Of a DNA stretch of 64,000 nucleotides, positions 10,801-19,252 are shown one piece after another. The DNA is taken from positions 44,475 to 108,474 of the forward strand of contig JBCCQY010000006.1 of assembly GCA_039208735.1 (NCBI GenBank), given 5' to 3'. This stretch comes from Myxococcota bacterium. Its GTDB lineage: Bacteria; Myxococcota_A; UBA796; GCA-2862545. Position 1 is the first letter of the stretch, and every line of letters begins with the position of its first letter. The notes below the pieces were generated by a model. That model ran no database searches. It saw only the letters and a program-made list of their open reading frames with translations, and was not told the origin of the DNA. The translations under genes and the position numbers were made by a program.

Positions 10801-11515
10801 GCGTATCGCCACCCCGGGGCCGCGCGATTCCAAAGTCCGCCACTTTGGGGACGAGATGGCCGCCTTCGAGGCCGAGCAGCACATTGCTTGGCTTGATGTC
10901 GCGGTGAATGATGCCCGACTCGTGGATGGCTTGAACCCCCGCCAAGACGCCAAGGGCGATGGCATCGACCTGAGCCTCGGTGAGGAGGGGGTGCGCTCGC
11001 AGATAGTCTTCGAGGTCGGGACCATCGACCAGCTCCGTGACCAGCGCCTGCCGCCCGTCGATCTCAAGGCCCCCCTGGACTGCGACCACGTTGTGATGGT
11101 GGACCTGTTCCTGGACAAGGCGCTCCCTCTGCATGCGGGCTCGGACTGAGGCGTGGGAGTGCTCGAGAATCTTGAGCGCATGCCGGGAGCGAAGCTTTGT
11201 GTCCCAGACCTTCCACACCGACGCCGTCCCGCCGCGCCCGAGCAGCCCTCGCACCTCGTAGCGACCGTGGAGGACGGTGCCGAGTTCGAGCTCGAGGGGC
11301 CGCCACGCAAGGTCCAACGACCCCCCGACGAGTTCCGCAAACGCATCCTCGAATGTGACCGGCGCAGACTCGTCATCGAGGAGCCGTACGACAAAGTCGC
11401 GAAGCCCCCGATTGTCGCCGCAGGCCTCGTCGAGAACCTGGTTGCGAGCGCCCGGGTCAAGGTCTGCGACTTTGATGTAAATCGTGTAGGCGCGTTGGTA
11501 GTCCGTAGCGTTCAT
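7895..11515 (-). CDS. Ser/Thr protein kinase - STAND (NB-ARC-like) ATPase - TPR protein
   Basis: GRGGTASVW, HRDIKPSN, DFGIA, YMAPE; Walker A GVGGLGKT, Walker B LLVLDNFE, LPLAIELAAAR; C-terminal TPRs. Confidence 0.92.
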   Translation of the reverse strand: MNATDYQRAYTIYIKVADLDPGARNQVLDEACGDNRGLRDFVVRLLDDESAPVTFEDAFAELVGGSLDLAWRPLELELGTVLHGRYEVRGLLGRGGTASVWKVWDTKLRSRHALKILEHSHASVRARMQRERLVQEQVHHHNVVAVQGGLEIDGRQALVTELVDGPDLEDYLRAHPLLTEAQVDAIALGVLAGVQAIHESGIIHRDIKPSNVLLGLEGGHLVPKVADFGIARPRGGDTPGLTQTGALIGTLAYMAPEHIRDARTVDERSDVWSLGCLLYRVVAGREAFAGSDNGETIQSVLSGRRPAIPQDLPERWRGAIAAALQSLPANRPENCATLRRLWQAPDGVLLQRPLQPASSPASGAYPSFDRNRFVGRQSTLAKVQALVASNRLVTILGVGGLGKTRLAVELGRRIEPDWPGGIPFVSLADVRTADGIVEATARALGMPLLGDVHDRLIETLTRRGPTLLVLDNFEQVVTHAAETVGQWLNRVPELHVLVTSRAPLELYGEQGFVLELLDEAEAVALFTERAREANAQFTLEGQQADVRRLVRLLDRLPLAIELAAARSRLLSPVALLSRLTRRFDVLKSPTKDIPERQRTLWATLQWSWELLTEDQRFALAQLSLFEGGFTLEAAQAVVELRSEAGWVEDVIFELANKGLVMTDGDRLRMLVSVREFAAAKLAGEPRTNDGGAAAAIRHGVWFASLADRQTLMPSRDGKGAYRPLRELDADRENFLVATDRALARGDHAVAGRCAQVASVLFRHFGPFEVGRTFVDHLLDHLTEPAFRAALLRGAAELRHITGAPGFSDLIQQAVEAARASGSTFELVYALSSLSDFNRGRMQIDAAQTYLDEALEVARRDGSPSTLLLPLARAGKIALLRAEVDDAETLYREALALAEHADEPETNEIGTLYGHYGTMCQKQGRLSEARTWYQRTIAQCREVGDLRGLPDWIGNVGNIAIQQGDFAEATSCFQEALERSRATGNRSSEVVWTANLGELDLRIGRLAEAETQLRRAHKGAQTLKSPVVLCVTAMNLGSTLRLMGRLDEAETWLTKAVETAEAGSNATLTGMTYGFLGRLYERQERFEEANQRYTDAVALTRPRSRPREFGYLLALNARLQSDIETGRALIAQSEALIGSIKDPTALATLHACHAVLEARVGDVEKGRTALDQGWSKVRDLEILESAEVVQELQVAARLLDEVDSPTT

Positions 11516-11792
11516 CGCCCGTGTTCCTATTCTGAAACCCTCTGCGAAGGGCGATCGGACTCAACCGGCGACACCCCTTCGCAACCGAGTGAGGCTGGGC
11601 AGGGCTGGCGTGTGACATGTCGCTAGGCACTGCCATCATCGTGCTTTCGTCCTGACGAACGAATGAGTGGAAGGCTGAGAGACGAGGTTCAAGCCCGATC
11701 GGACATCCGTCAGCTCTTTTCGGGGAAATCGACTGCGGGCGGCTTACGGTCCACCCGCGTGTCGCTTTCATGACGCGGAAGGTGAAGATCCA

Positions 11793-12566
11793 ATGGTTGT
11801 TGCACTCCTGTCGTTGTTGTCCAATCCCGCTTCCGCCCGCGAGGCATTCCTCACTCCGATGGGAGCCATCGCAGGTCCGTGGGCGACGGTCACCCTAAAT
11901 GACGGTTCCACCGTGACCGGCAAGCCCAACGCGAAGGGGAAGGGCTTAGGCAACATCAAGAAGATCACCATCAAGTCGCCAGAGGGGGGCAAGGTCAAGC
12001 TCACCGCGGCGGACGTGAAGCGCATTGAACTCGAACCCGGCAAGATGGCGAAGCTTGCCACCACGGCGGCGGGCATGGGTTCGGTGTCTGAAATGGTCCA
12101 GCAGGACCATTCAGAGGCTTTCAAACGCAACGTCGCGATCTATCTGCCGGCTCGGTACCCCAACGGAAAGTTGTTGCTCGCCCAGCTCCTCAATCCGGGA
12201 ATGGACGCCATGATTGAGGTTTTCCCCGACCCCAAGGGCAAGGAGACTGGCGGCATCGCGGTTGGTGGTGTCCAGGCGACCGGTGGCGTGCTCAAGACCT
12301 ACCTTGTGCGCAAGAAGGGCGAAATGGACACAGTGCTCATCAAGAAGAACAAGGCGGATGAGGCGTGGGATCTGCTCTTCTCCGATTGCTCGTCGATGAA
12401 GCGTCCCGAAAAGTTGGGCTGGAAAGACCTTCCGGCGCAGGTGCGGATCCATCAGGACGTCTGCGGTCCAAAGCCCGAGCCGGTGGAAGCGCCGATGGAC
12501 GAGGCGGAACCTACGGTCGAAGAGGACCAGGACGACTCAGAGACCGCGCAGGCCGACGGGGAGTGA
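11793..12566 (+). CDS. Hypothetical secreted protein
   Basis: Signal peptide MVVALLSLLSNPASA; 257 aa ORF; acidic tail. Confidence 0.75.
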   Translation: MVVALLSLLSNPASAREAFLTPMGAIAGPWATVTLNDGSTVTGKPNAKGKGLGNIKKITIKSPEGGKVKLTAADVKRIELEPGKMAKLATTAAGMGSVSEMVQQDHSEAFKRNVAIYLPARYPNGKLLLAQLLNPGMDAMIEVFPDPKGKETGGIAVGGVQATGGVLKTYLVRKKGEMDTVLIKKNKADEAWDLLFSDCSSMKRPEKLGWKDLPAQVRIHQDVCGPKPEPVEAPMDEAEPTVEEDQDDSETAQADGE

Positions 12567-12678
12567 TCCACCGGTCGTGATTGCCCATTCAGCATCGATC
12601 GTGGTCTGGCCTAGATGAACCGTGCTAGAGCGCTTCACCGGGAACTCGGGTCGTTCGCGTCCGGAAAAGGGGGCTTGC

Positions 12679-14340
12679 ATGGGTTGGGTTGGAGTTCGTG
12701 TGCTTTGGTCGACGCTGCCGCTGCTTGCCGGATCCGTTGTGGGTTGCGGGGGCGCCATTGTCGATCCCGAGACTCCACCTGGAACGGGCGAGACCGGACC
12801 CGGTGAGGTTGGAGGTTCCGAAACGGGAGGCGACGACACCGGGGGAGACCCTGGTTCGACCGTGCCCGTGGCCTACTATCGAGTGGCTTCTCGAGGCATC
12901 TACGCGGCCCCCCTTGATCAGACGGAAGATGCCACCCGGTTGACCCCACCGTTGGTGGTCGGCGGAGCGGTCCTCGGGTTCGATGTCAACACGACTTCGG
13001 GCCGCTTGGTGTATATCGCCGAGCAAGAGCAAGACGGAGTGCCAGAACTCTACAGGAGTGACCTGGCGGGAGCCAACAACATTAAACTCAATGGACCGTT
13101 GGCCCTCCGTTCGAGCATCGGACGTTTTGAGTGGAATCCAGCCGGTAGCCACGTGGTGTACTCGGTTCGGCAAGTGATGGATCTCTCTTTTCCGACCTTA
13201 GAGTTGTACGGCAATGCACTGGATGGAACCGACAACTTGGCCCTCCATGGGTCGCTGGTACGCGGGGGTGAAATCTTCAATTTCGCCCTAAGCTCGGACG
13301 GGAGCCGTGTCGTATATCGGGCCGACCAGAACACCGACGGGGTCATCGAGCTGTTTAACAGCACGCTGGACGGGACGGAGCGCCTTCGGCTAAACGAGCA
13401 GTTGGTGCCGGGTGGTAATGTGAGTTCCTTTGTCCTGAGTCCTGACGGGAGTCGTGTGGTGTACCGGGCCGACCAGGACACGCAGGGCGTCTCCGAACTC
13501 TACTCCAAGGCGTTCGACGGAACGGACGTCGTGAAACTCAATGGGCCGCTGGTGGCCGGCGGCAACGTGCGATCCTTTTTGGTGAGTCAGGATGGGAGCC
13601 GTGTGGTGTACCTGGCGGACCAAGATACGGCCGGTACGTTTGAACTGTACAGCAGCGCGACCGACGGCACGGACAACGTGCGACTCAATGGGTCGTTGGT
13701 GTCTGCGGGCGATGTGAGCCCCGCCAACAACGCGTTTGTCATCAGTCCCGATGGGAGTCGCGTCGTGTACCTGGCGGATCAGGAAACCGATCAACGCCCG
13801 GAGCTGTACAGCAGCCGGATTGACGGCACGGACAACGTGAAAATCAGCGGGCCGCTGGTGTATAATGGCCAGATTGATGTCGGCTTCTCGGTGAGTCCAG
13901 ACGGGAGCCGTGTGGTCTATCGGGCTGTCCAGGACACCGTCGATACCATCGAGTTGTATAGCAGTGCGTTGAATGGAACCGACAACGTGCAGTTGAACGG
14001 ACCGTTGGTGCCTGGTGGTGGCGTGATTTCCTTTGCCGTGAGTCCAGACAGCCGTCGTGTCGTGTACCGGGCCGATCAGGATGTCGTCGGGATGAGCGAA
14101 CTCTACAGCAGCGCGTTGGACGGGACGGACAACGTTCGGCTTAACGGGCCGCTTGTGCCTGACGGTAATGTCGAGCGTTTTGTCATCACGGAGGACGGGA
14201 GCCGGGTGGTATACTTGGCTGACCAGGACACCGACGAAATCCTAGAACTCTACAGCAGCGCGATGGATGGCACGGACAACCGACGACACAATGCGTCGCT
14301 GCCTGGAGACTTGGGCATCGACGACTTCATCGTTCGGTGA
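12679..14340 (+). CDS. Beta-propeller repeat lipoprotein (PD40/TolB-like repeats)
   Basis: VVGC lipobox; nine ~49 aa repeats SPDGSRVVYxADQDT...ELYSSxxDGTDNVxLNGPLV. Confidence 0.85.
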   Translation: MGWVGVRVLWSTLPLLAGSVVGCGGAIVDPETPPGTGETGPGEVGGSETGGDDTGGDPGSTVPVAYYRVASRGIYAAPLDQTEDATRLTPPLVVGGAVLGFDVNTTSGRLVYIAEQEQDGVPELYRSDLAGANNIKLNGPLALRSSIGRFEWNPAGSHVVYSVRQVMDLSFPTLELYGNALDGTDNLALHGSLVRGGEIFNFALSSDGSRVVYRADQNTDGVIELFNSTLDGTERLRLNEQLVPGGNVSSFVLSPDGSRVVYRADQDTQGVSELYSKAFDGTDVVKLNGPLVAGGNVRSFLVSQDGSRVVYLADQDTAGTFELYSSATDGTDNVRLNGSLVSAGDVSPANNAFVISPDGSRVVYLADQETDQRPELYSSRIDGTDNVKISGPLVYNGQIDVGFSVSPDGSRVVYRAVQDTVDTIELYSSALNGTDNVQLNGPLVPGGGVISFAVSPDSRRVVYRADQDVVGMSELYSSALDGTDNVRLNGPLVPDGNVERFVITEDGSRVVYLADQDTDEILELYSSAMDGTDNRRHNASLPGDLGIDDFIVR

Positions 14341-15056
14341 ACTCCGGTGGGTTGGCTAAACAGGGGGTCGGAGATCCCAGCGTGCCAAAGAACCCCCGCG
14401 TCGGACGGGTCGGTAAGCGACTCAAGACCCGAGACAGCTTGCTTATCGCCACCCAACAACTGCTGCTCGAGAAGCCCGCATCCGAGATCTCGATTCGAGA
14501 AATCACCGATCGAGCTGGGGTCGTACATGCGACGTTCTACAACTACTACCGGACGACCGGCGCAGCCTTCGAGGCGGTGAGCCTCTTGCTGTTTGCTGCG
14601 TATGGCGACGTCATCGAACGCACAGTGGCCGACATCACCGATCCGGCAGAGCGGGTCGCGGCTTCCTCGCGTCAGACCATGCGCGTCGTGAGTCAAAGCC
14701 CCCGGTTGGGTAAGCTGCTGTTCGATTCCGGGCTTAGTACCGCACCGTTGTTGGAGGGCGTCCGGGCTCGCATTAGCGACGATGTCCGTATGGGGCTCGA
14801 GGCTGGCCGCTTCAAGGTCGACAATCTGGAGCTTGTCATCTCCGCCGCGGCCGCCCTGGGGCTTGGGGTCGCGATCGATGTGTATGAGGGCCGACTGACG
14901 GGGCTCTCCGCCGAGGCCGTCGCAGGGATGGTTCTAAGCATCCTCGGGGTCCCCGACGAAGAAGCCAGGGACATCCTGGCCCGACCTCTGCGGGACCACA
15001 AGATGCCAGCCGTGCCCCTGTCGCTCGTGGAACAGACGACCCGGCTCGGCGACTAG
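14337..15056 (+). CDS. TetR/AcrR family regulator
   Basis: TRDSLLIATQQLL...ISIREITDRAGVVHATFYNYY; GTGA overlap with the upstream gene. Confidence 0.9.
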   Translation: MNSGGLAKQGVGDPSVPKNPRVGRVGKRLKTRDSLLIATQQLLLEKPASEISIREITDRAGVVHATFYNYYRTTGAAFEAVSLLLFAAYGDVIERTVADITDPAERVAASSRQTMRVVSQSPRLGKLLFDSGLSTAPLLEGVRARISDDVRMGLEAGRFKVDNLELVISAAAALGLGVAIDVYEGRLTGLSAEAVAGMVLSILGVPDEEARDILARPLRDHKMPAVPLSLVEQTTRLGD

Positions 15057-15132
15057 CCCCAGGGGGTGCTAGCCATTGATGCTTTGGAAGGTTGATTTTG
15101 GCTCTTGAGTTCTAAAAATTGGCACTTTCTCA

Positions 15133-15153
15133 TTTTTGAGATACTCTCAAAAA
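15133..15153. promoter_or_regulatory. Perfect 9-3-9 palindrome, candidate TetR operator
   Basis: TTTTTGAGA-TAC-TCTCAAAAA in the AT-rich gap 21 nt upstream of the hydrolase ATG. Confidence 0.6.
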
Positions 15154-15174
15154 AGCAACAATGGAGATGCCACC

Positions 15175-16236
15175 ATGTCCGACCTCCAAGAGATCAAGAA
15201 GCTCGTCGGTATGCTCGCCCCTCGGGCCCTCCCCAATCTCGAGTACGTTTCGTTCGAGGACTTGCGCCTGACGAATGTGCACGACAACGGTATCCGCGAA
15301 GACGCACCGATCACCTCGGATATGCGTTACCCCCGTCCTGCCGAGCTACCGCCGGGCGTCGAGAACGCGCATGGCGAAGTCGAGATGCTCGGCGATGTCG
15401 AGGCCACCCACTGGTACGTCGAAGCCGATGGTGTCACCTGGCACTTCGTGACCACCGGGGACCCGAACCGCGAGCCATTCGTCTTCGTGCACGGGTTCCC
15501 AGAGAGCTGGTACACCTTCCATCATCAAATGCGGGACCTCTCCGATCAGTTCTACTGCATCGGTGTGGATGTCATCGGAAACGGGCAAAGCGACAAACGG
15601 CTGGACTTGGACTACCGCTATGCTGCAATCGCAGCTTCGCTCGCGAAGATGTTGGACAGCATTGGTGTAGAGCGCTTCAATCTGGGCGGGCACGACCGCG
15701 GGTCGGTGATTTCAGACCATCTGTTGAATGTTGAGGGGATGGAGGGGCGGGTTCTGCGCTATGTCCGCATGCAGCAGTCCGCCAACGAGCCGCACGGCGA
15801 ACCCAAGCCACCACACAAGCTGTTTGCCTCGTCATGGTTTCCGATGCTCATGCGATGGACGGGCTTCCCCCGTATTGCTTACGCGGCGAGTGCCTACCGT
15901 GTAGAGGGCATTGCACCCGAAGTGTTGGCAAGGCTGGATCACGAATGCAAATACAAAGGCATTGCGGAGGCCTGCCCTCGACAGTTCGACCACACCAGCC
16001 TGGAGCAGGAGCTTGAGGATCGGCACGGCTTCCTCTTTGCGAAGATGACCATGCCCGTTCTGTTCCTTCAGGGGCGCAACGACCCGGGACAGCATCCTGA
16101 AGAATACGAGAAGACACCCGAGTTTGTATCGAATGGCCGGGTTCAGTTCATCGACGGCAACCACTTTTTCCAGCTGGGGGCCCCCGACGACGCGACCGCG
16201 GCGATGCGGACGTTCCTGTCCGAGCCGCTGTCCTGA
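15175..16236 (+). CDS. Alpha/beta hydrolase (epoxide hydrolase/dehalogenase-like)
   Basis: FVHGFPE oxyanion motif, GHDRG Asp nucleophile, C-terminal GNHF His. Confidence 0.88.
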   Translation: MSDLQEIKKLVGMLAPRALPNLEYVSFEDLRLTNVHDNGIREDAPITSDMRYPRPAELPPGVENAHGEVEMLGDVEATHWYVEADGVTWHFVTTGDPNREPFVFVHGFPESWYTFHHQMRDLSDQFYCIGVDVIGNGQSDKRLDLDYRYAAIAASLAKMLDSIGVERFNLGGHDRGSVISDHLLNVEGMEGRVLRYVRMQQSANEPHGEPKPPHKLFASSWFPMLMRWTGFPRIAYAASAYRVEGIAPEVLARLDHECKYKGIAEACPRQFDHTSLEQELEDRHGFLFAKMTMPVLFLQGRNDPGQHPEEYEKTPEFVSNGRVQFIDGNHFFQLGAPDDATAAMRTFLSEPLS

Positions 16237-16341
16237 CTCCGCGGGCGAGCGAGCCCCCGCTGCGTTCACGGCAGCCCTTTCGGGCGTGCCCCAACGACGA
16301 AGGGATGGTAGGCCCATTCGCGACAGCGCTTCATTTACGTC

Positions 16342-17073
16342 GTGATGGAGGTAACGGTGGTGTGGTTCTTGCTCGCGTGTGGCTCATCTCCAAGCCAAGG
16401 CCCTTCGGTCGCTGATCCGCATCCCGTCGATCATGCGCATGACCAGCATCGGCATCCCAACGCCGAGCATGTTCACCACGACTTCGACGACCCGGAGCGG
16501 TGGTCGAAAGTGTTCGACGACCCAGAGCGCGACGCCTGGCAGAAGCCGGATCAGGTGGTGTCTGGCCTCGATCTCCAACCGGGGATGGTGGTCGCCGACA
16601 TCGGTGCCGGCACCGGCTACTTCAACCGTCGGTTGGCCACGGCCGTGGGTGAAGCAGGCCGGGTGATCGCCATCGATGTCGGAGCCAAGTTGGTCGAACA
16701 TATGAAGGAGCGGGCTGTCGAGGAGGCGACACCGCAGGTCGAGGCACGACTAACCCCGCCCGACGCCAGTGGCCTAAGGGCGGGCGAGGCCGACCGGGTG
16801 CTCATGGTCGACGTCTACCACCACATCGAAAACCGTCCTTCCTACTTCAACGCTCTGCTGGCTGGCCTGAAGCCAGGTGGCGTTCTGACGATCGTAGATC
16901 TCACCAAAGAGGCACCCTTCGGGCCGCCGGTCGAGGCGCGGTTGACCCCTGCAGAGGTCAAGGCGGAGCTTAGCGCGGCCGGCTGGACGTTCGAGCGCGC
17001 CATTGACGGACTGCCGCATCAGTACATGTTGCGATTCGTTCCGTCCGCCGGCGACGCAGGAGGCGGGGAGTAG
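16342..17073 (+). CDS. Class I SAM-dependent methyltransferase with lipoprotein-like N-terminus
   Basis: VVADIGAGTGYF motif I; RDAWQKPDQV; VVWFLLAC lipobox-like start followed by a His-rich linker. Confidence 0.88.
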   Translation: MMEVTVVWFLLACGSSPSQGPSVADPHPVDHAHDQHRHPNAEHVHHDFDDPERWSKVFDDPERDAWQKPDQVVSGLDLQPGMVVADIGAGTGYFNRRLATAVGEAGRVIAIDVGAKLVEHMKERAVEEATPQVEARLTPPDASGLRAGEADRVLMVDVYHHIENRPSYFNALLAGLKPGGVLTIVDLTKEAPFGPPVEARLTPAEVKAELSAAGWTFERAIDGLPHQYMLRFVPSAGDAGGGE

Positions 17074-17213
17074 GCCTCCCGGTTGACCAACCACGAGCCG
17101 AATCGTCTCGGCTTTACGAACGACGCTGTTGAAGGCTGCGAAAGGGATTTCGGTGGCTTGCTCCCATGTGATGTTAAGGTCGGTCCGGTCCGTCGAGCCA
17201 TCAGGTGAGGTCG

Positions 17214-17777
17214 ATGTCTATCAGCCGGTTTCCCGTCGCAACTCTCCAGGACCTACCCGACGATCTCCGAGCGCGGATTGAGCCCATTGTGGAACGCTCA
17301 GGATTCGTACCCAACATCTTCTTGGCGTTAGCCCACCGACCCGCCGAGCTGCGCGCGTTTTTGGATTACCACGACGCTCTAATGGAGCGGGATTCCGGCC
17401 TGACCAAGGCGGAGCGCGAGATGATCGTAGTTGCAACTAGCGCAGCAAACGATTGTCTGTACTGTGTGGTCGCGCATGGCGCGATCTTACGGATCCGTGC
17501 AAAGAATCATGAGATCGCAGATCGGATTGCCGCCAACTGGCGGACCGCGCCCGTGAGTGAGCGTCAGCGGGCCATGCTCACCTTTGCCGTTAAGCTGGCC
17601 CTTCGACCGGCAGAAGTCGAGCAAGCTGATTTGGCTTTGCTGGAGAAAGCTGGGTTTACCCAGGACGAGGTTTGGGACATGGGCTCGATTACGAGTTTGT
17701 TCGCCATGTCGAATCGTCTGGCTCACATGAGCGATCTCCAGCCGAACCCAGAGTTCTTTCGGCTTGGCCGCGGGTGA
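17214..17777 (+). CDS. Peroxidase-related enzyme (AhpD/CMD family)
   Basis: GFVPNIF; EREMIVVATSAANDCLYCVVAHG. Confidence 0.92.
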   Translation: MSISRFPVATLQDLPDDLRARIEPIVERSGFVPNIFLALAHRPAELRAFLDYHDALMERDSGLTKAEREMIVVATSAANDCLYCVVAHGAILRIRAKNHEIADRIAANWRTAPVSERQRAMLTFAVKLALRPAEVEQADLALLEKAGFTQDEVWDMGSITSLFAMSNRLAHMSDLQPNPEFFRLGRG

Positions 17778-17860
17778 GGCAGGCGCATCTCGCCCCCCTG
17801 CGAAAGATGGCTGGATTCGCATCGCCAGCCCGGGCTCGCACAAACGTGATGTGGGGTTGT

Positions 17861-17881
17861 TATTGCAATTCAGTTGCAATA
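17861..17881. promoter_or_regulatory. 8-5-8 palindrome, candidate Zur (Fur-family) box
   Basis: TATTGCAA-TTCAG-TTGCAATA 31 nt upstream of a metal uptake/metallochaperone operon; resembles the TGCAA-N5-TTGCA Zur motif reported for deltaproteobacteria (recalled, not searched). Confidence 0.65.
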
Positions 17882-17912
17882 GCGTCTGGACGTCCCTGGT
17901 CGAGGAGCCCGT

Positions 17913-18329
17913 ATGTTCGAGTCCGCATCGTCGACGTTGGCGAGTCTTCGGTCGTGCACACTGCACGTTTGCACCTCGTGCCGGTCTCCGGGGACGCCGC
18001 GTGAGCCTCGAGAGAGCCGCCCCGGCTTCCTCCTCTTTCACGAGATCCGCGAAGCGTTTGCCGACAGTCCCATCAAGGACCGGGTGAACGTGCAGCCCGC
18101 AGAGTGCCTAAGCGTGTGCCCGCGCCCCTGTGGATTTGCCCTCTCGTCGCCGGGAGCGTGGACCTACCTCTTTGGGGACCAACGCCTCAAGGTGAGCGCC
18201 GCCGACATCGTGACCTGCGTCTCGCTCTACCTCGAGAGCCCAGACGGTTTTATGGCGAGAGAGCAACGCCCGTTTTACCTGCGTGCGAGTATTCTTGGGC
18301 GGGTGCCGCCCATTCAGGGAGAACGCTAG
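17913..18329 (+). CDS. DUF1636 family Cys-rich protein
   Basis: TLHVCTSCR...ECLSVCPRPC...WTYLFGD...RVPP. Confidence 0.8.
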   Translation: MFESASSTLASLRSCTLHVCTSCRSPGTPREPRESRPGFLLFHEIREAFADSPIKDRVNVQPAECLSVCPRPCGFALSSPGAWTYLFGDQRLKVSAADIVTCVSLYLESPDGFMAREQRPFYLRASILGRVPPIQGER

Positions 18330-19252
18330 TGCACCTCGCCGAGGGCGTATTGCCGCTTGAACAGGCCATTGGATGGAGCGCTGTGGCGGCCCCGGCCTTG
18401 ATCTGGAGCATCCGTGGTGAGCAACGGGCCAGACAGGACGCTTCATCATCCTCGGTCCTCATGGCGGGTGCTACGAGCCTGCTTTTCGCCGCAACACTTC
18501 TTCCACTGCCCGTTCCCGTCGTGGGCGCAACCAGCCACATCTGCCTCACGCCGGTACTGAGCCTCATTGTGGGGGTTCGACGGATCGTGTGGCCGACCTT
18601 CTTCGTGCTCCTGTTGCAGGCCGTCTTCTTTGCGCACGGCGGGCTGACGACGCTGGGTGTCAACACGCTGACCTTGGGGTTGCTGGGTCCTCTAGCGACC
18701 GCAGGCCTCTGGGCTCTGTTGCGGAAGCTTGGTGCAGGTGGCGCCATGGGCCTGGGCCTGGCGTGCGCCATCGGTGGACTAAGTGTTTATGTGGCAGATG
18801 CGTTGGTGCTTGCTGCGGCGTTGTCCGATGTGGCCGCACCTCTGGTCACGTTCACCGGAGTGCTGCTGGGATTTGCGCCGGTCCAGGTTCCCCTTGCGGT
18901 ACTCGAAGCGGTTGCGTCGGTCGGAATCGTCCGGCTGCTTTCAACGCGTCGGCCAGACCTGCTTCCTGAGTCGCTGCAAACGCTACGCAAACCGTCGATT
19001 CCTAGTGCGACCGTCCTGGTCTTGTTGCTGGCCGTTGGCCTCGCGGGCTGCACCTACGAGGGCATCGACGGGACGGTTTTTGGCGCGGTTGCGGAGTCGG
19101 CGGGGCGGCCCCCGACCGAGAGCCTCCTCGACCTAAGTCAGGGCGAGGTTGGACTTGCGATGTCGATCCTCATCCTCTTCGGACTTGGGTTCATCGCCGG
19201 GCGCAGCTGGGAGCGCGTGCTCGGAGGTCGGGGAAATGCACTTCCACGCTGA
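18329..19252 (+). CDS. cbiM: ECF Co/Ni transporter S component CbiM fused to a CbiN-like C-terminus
   Basis: GTG start giving MHLAEG (CbiM/NikM metal-binding N-terminus); QAVFFAHGGLTTLGVN; C-terminal GIDG...GEVGL...GFIAG CbiN-like segment. Confidence 0.85.
   Translation: MHLAEGVLPLEQAIGWSAVAAPALIWSIRGEQRARQDASSSSVLMAGATSLLFAATLLPLPVPVVGATSHICLTPVLSLIVGVRRIVWPTFFVLLLQAVFFAHGGLTTLGVNTLTLGLLGPLATAGLWALLRKLGAGGAMGLGLACAIGGLSVYVADALVLAAALSDVAAPLVTFTGVLLGFAPVQVPLAVLEAVASVGIVRLLSTRRPDLLPESLQTLRKPSIPSATVLVLLLAVGLAGCTYEGIDGTVFGAVAESAGRPPTESLLDLSQGEVGLAMSILILFGLGFIAGRSWERVLGGRGNALPR

Noticed and set aside
12930..14290. ~147-bp DNA repeats
   Set aside because: Explained by beta-propeller blade repeats within one CDS.
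17778..17912. Cobalamin riboswitch upstream of DUF1636/cbiM
   Set aside because: The leader is short and lacks recognisable B12-box elements by eye; an Infernal scan would be needed to exclude it formally.
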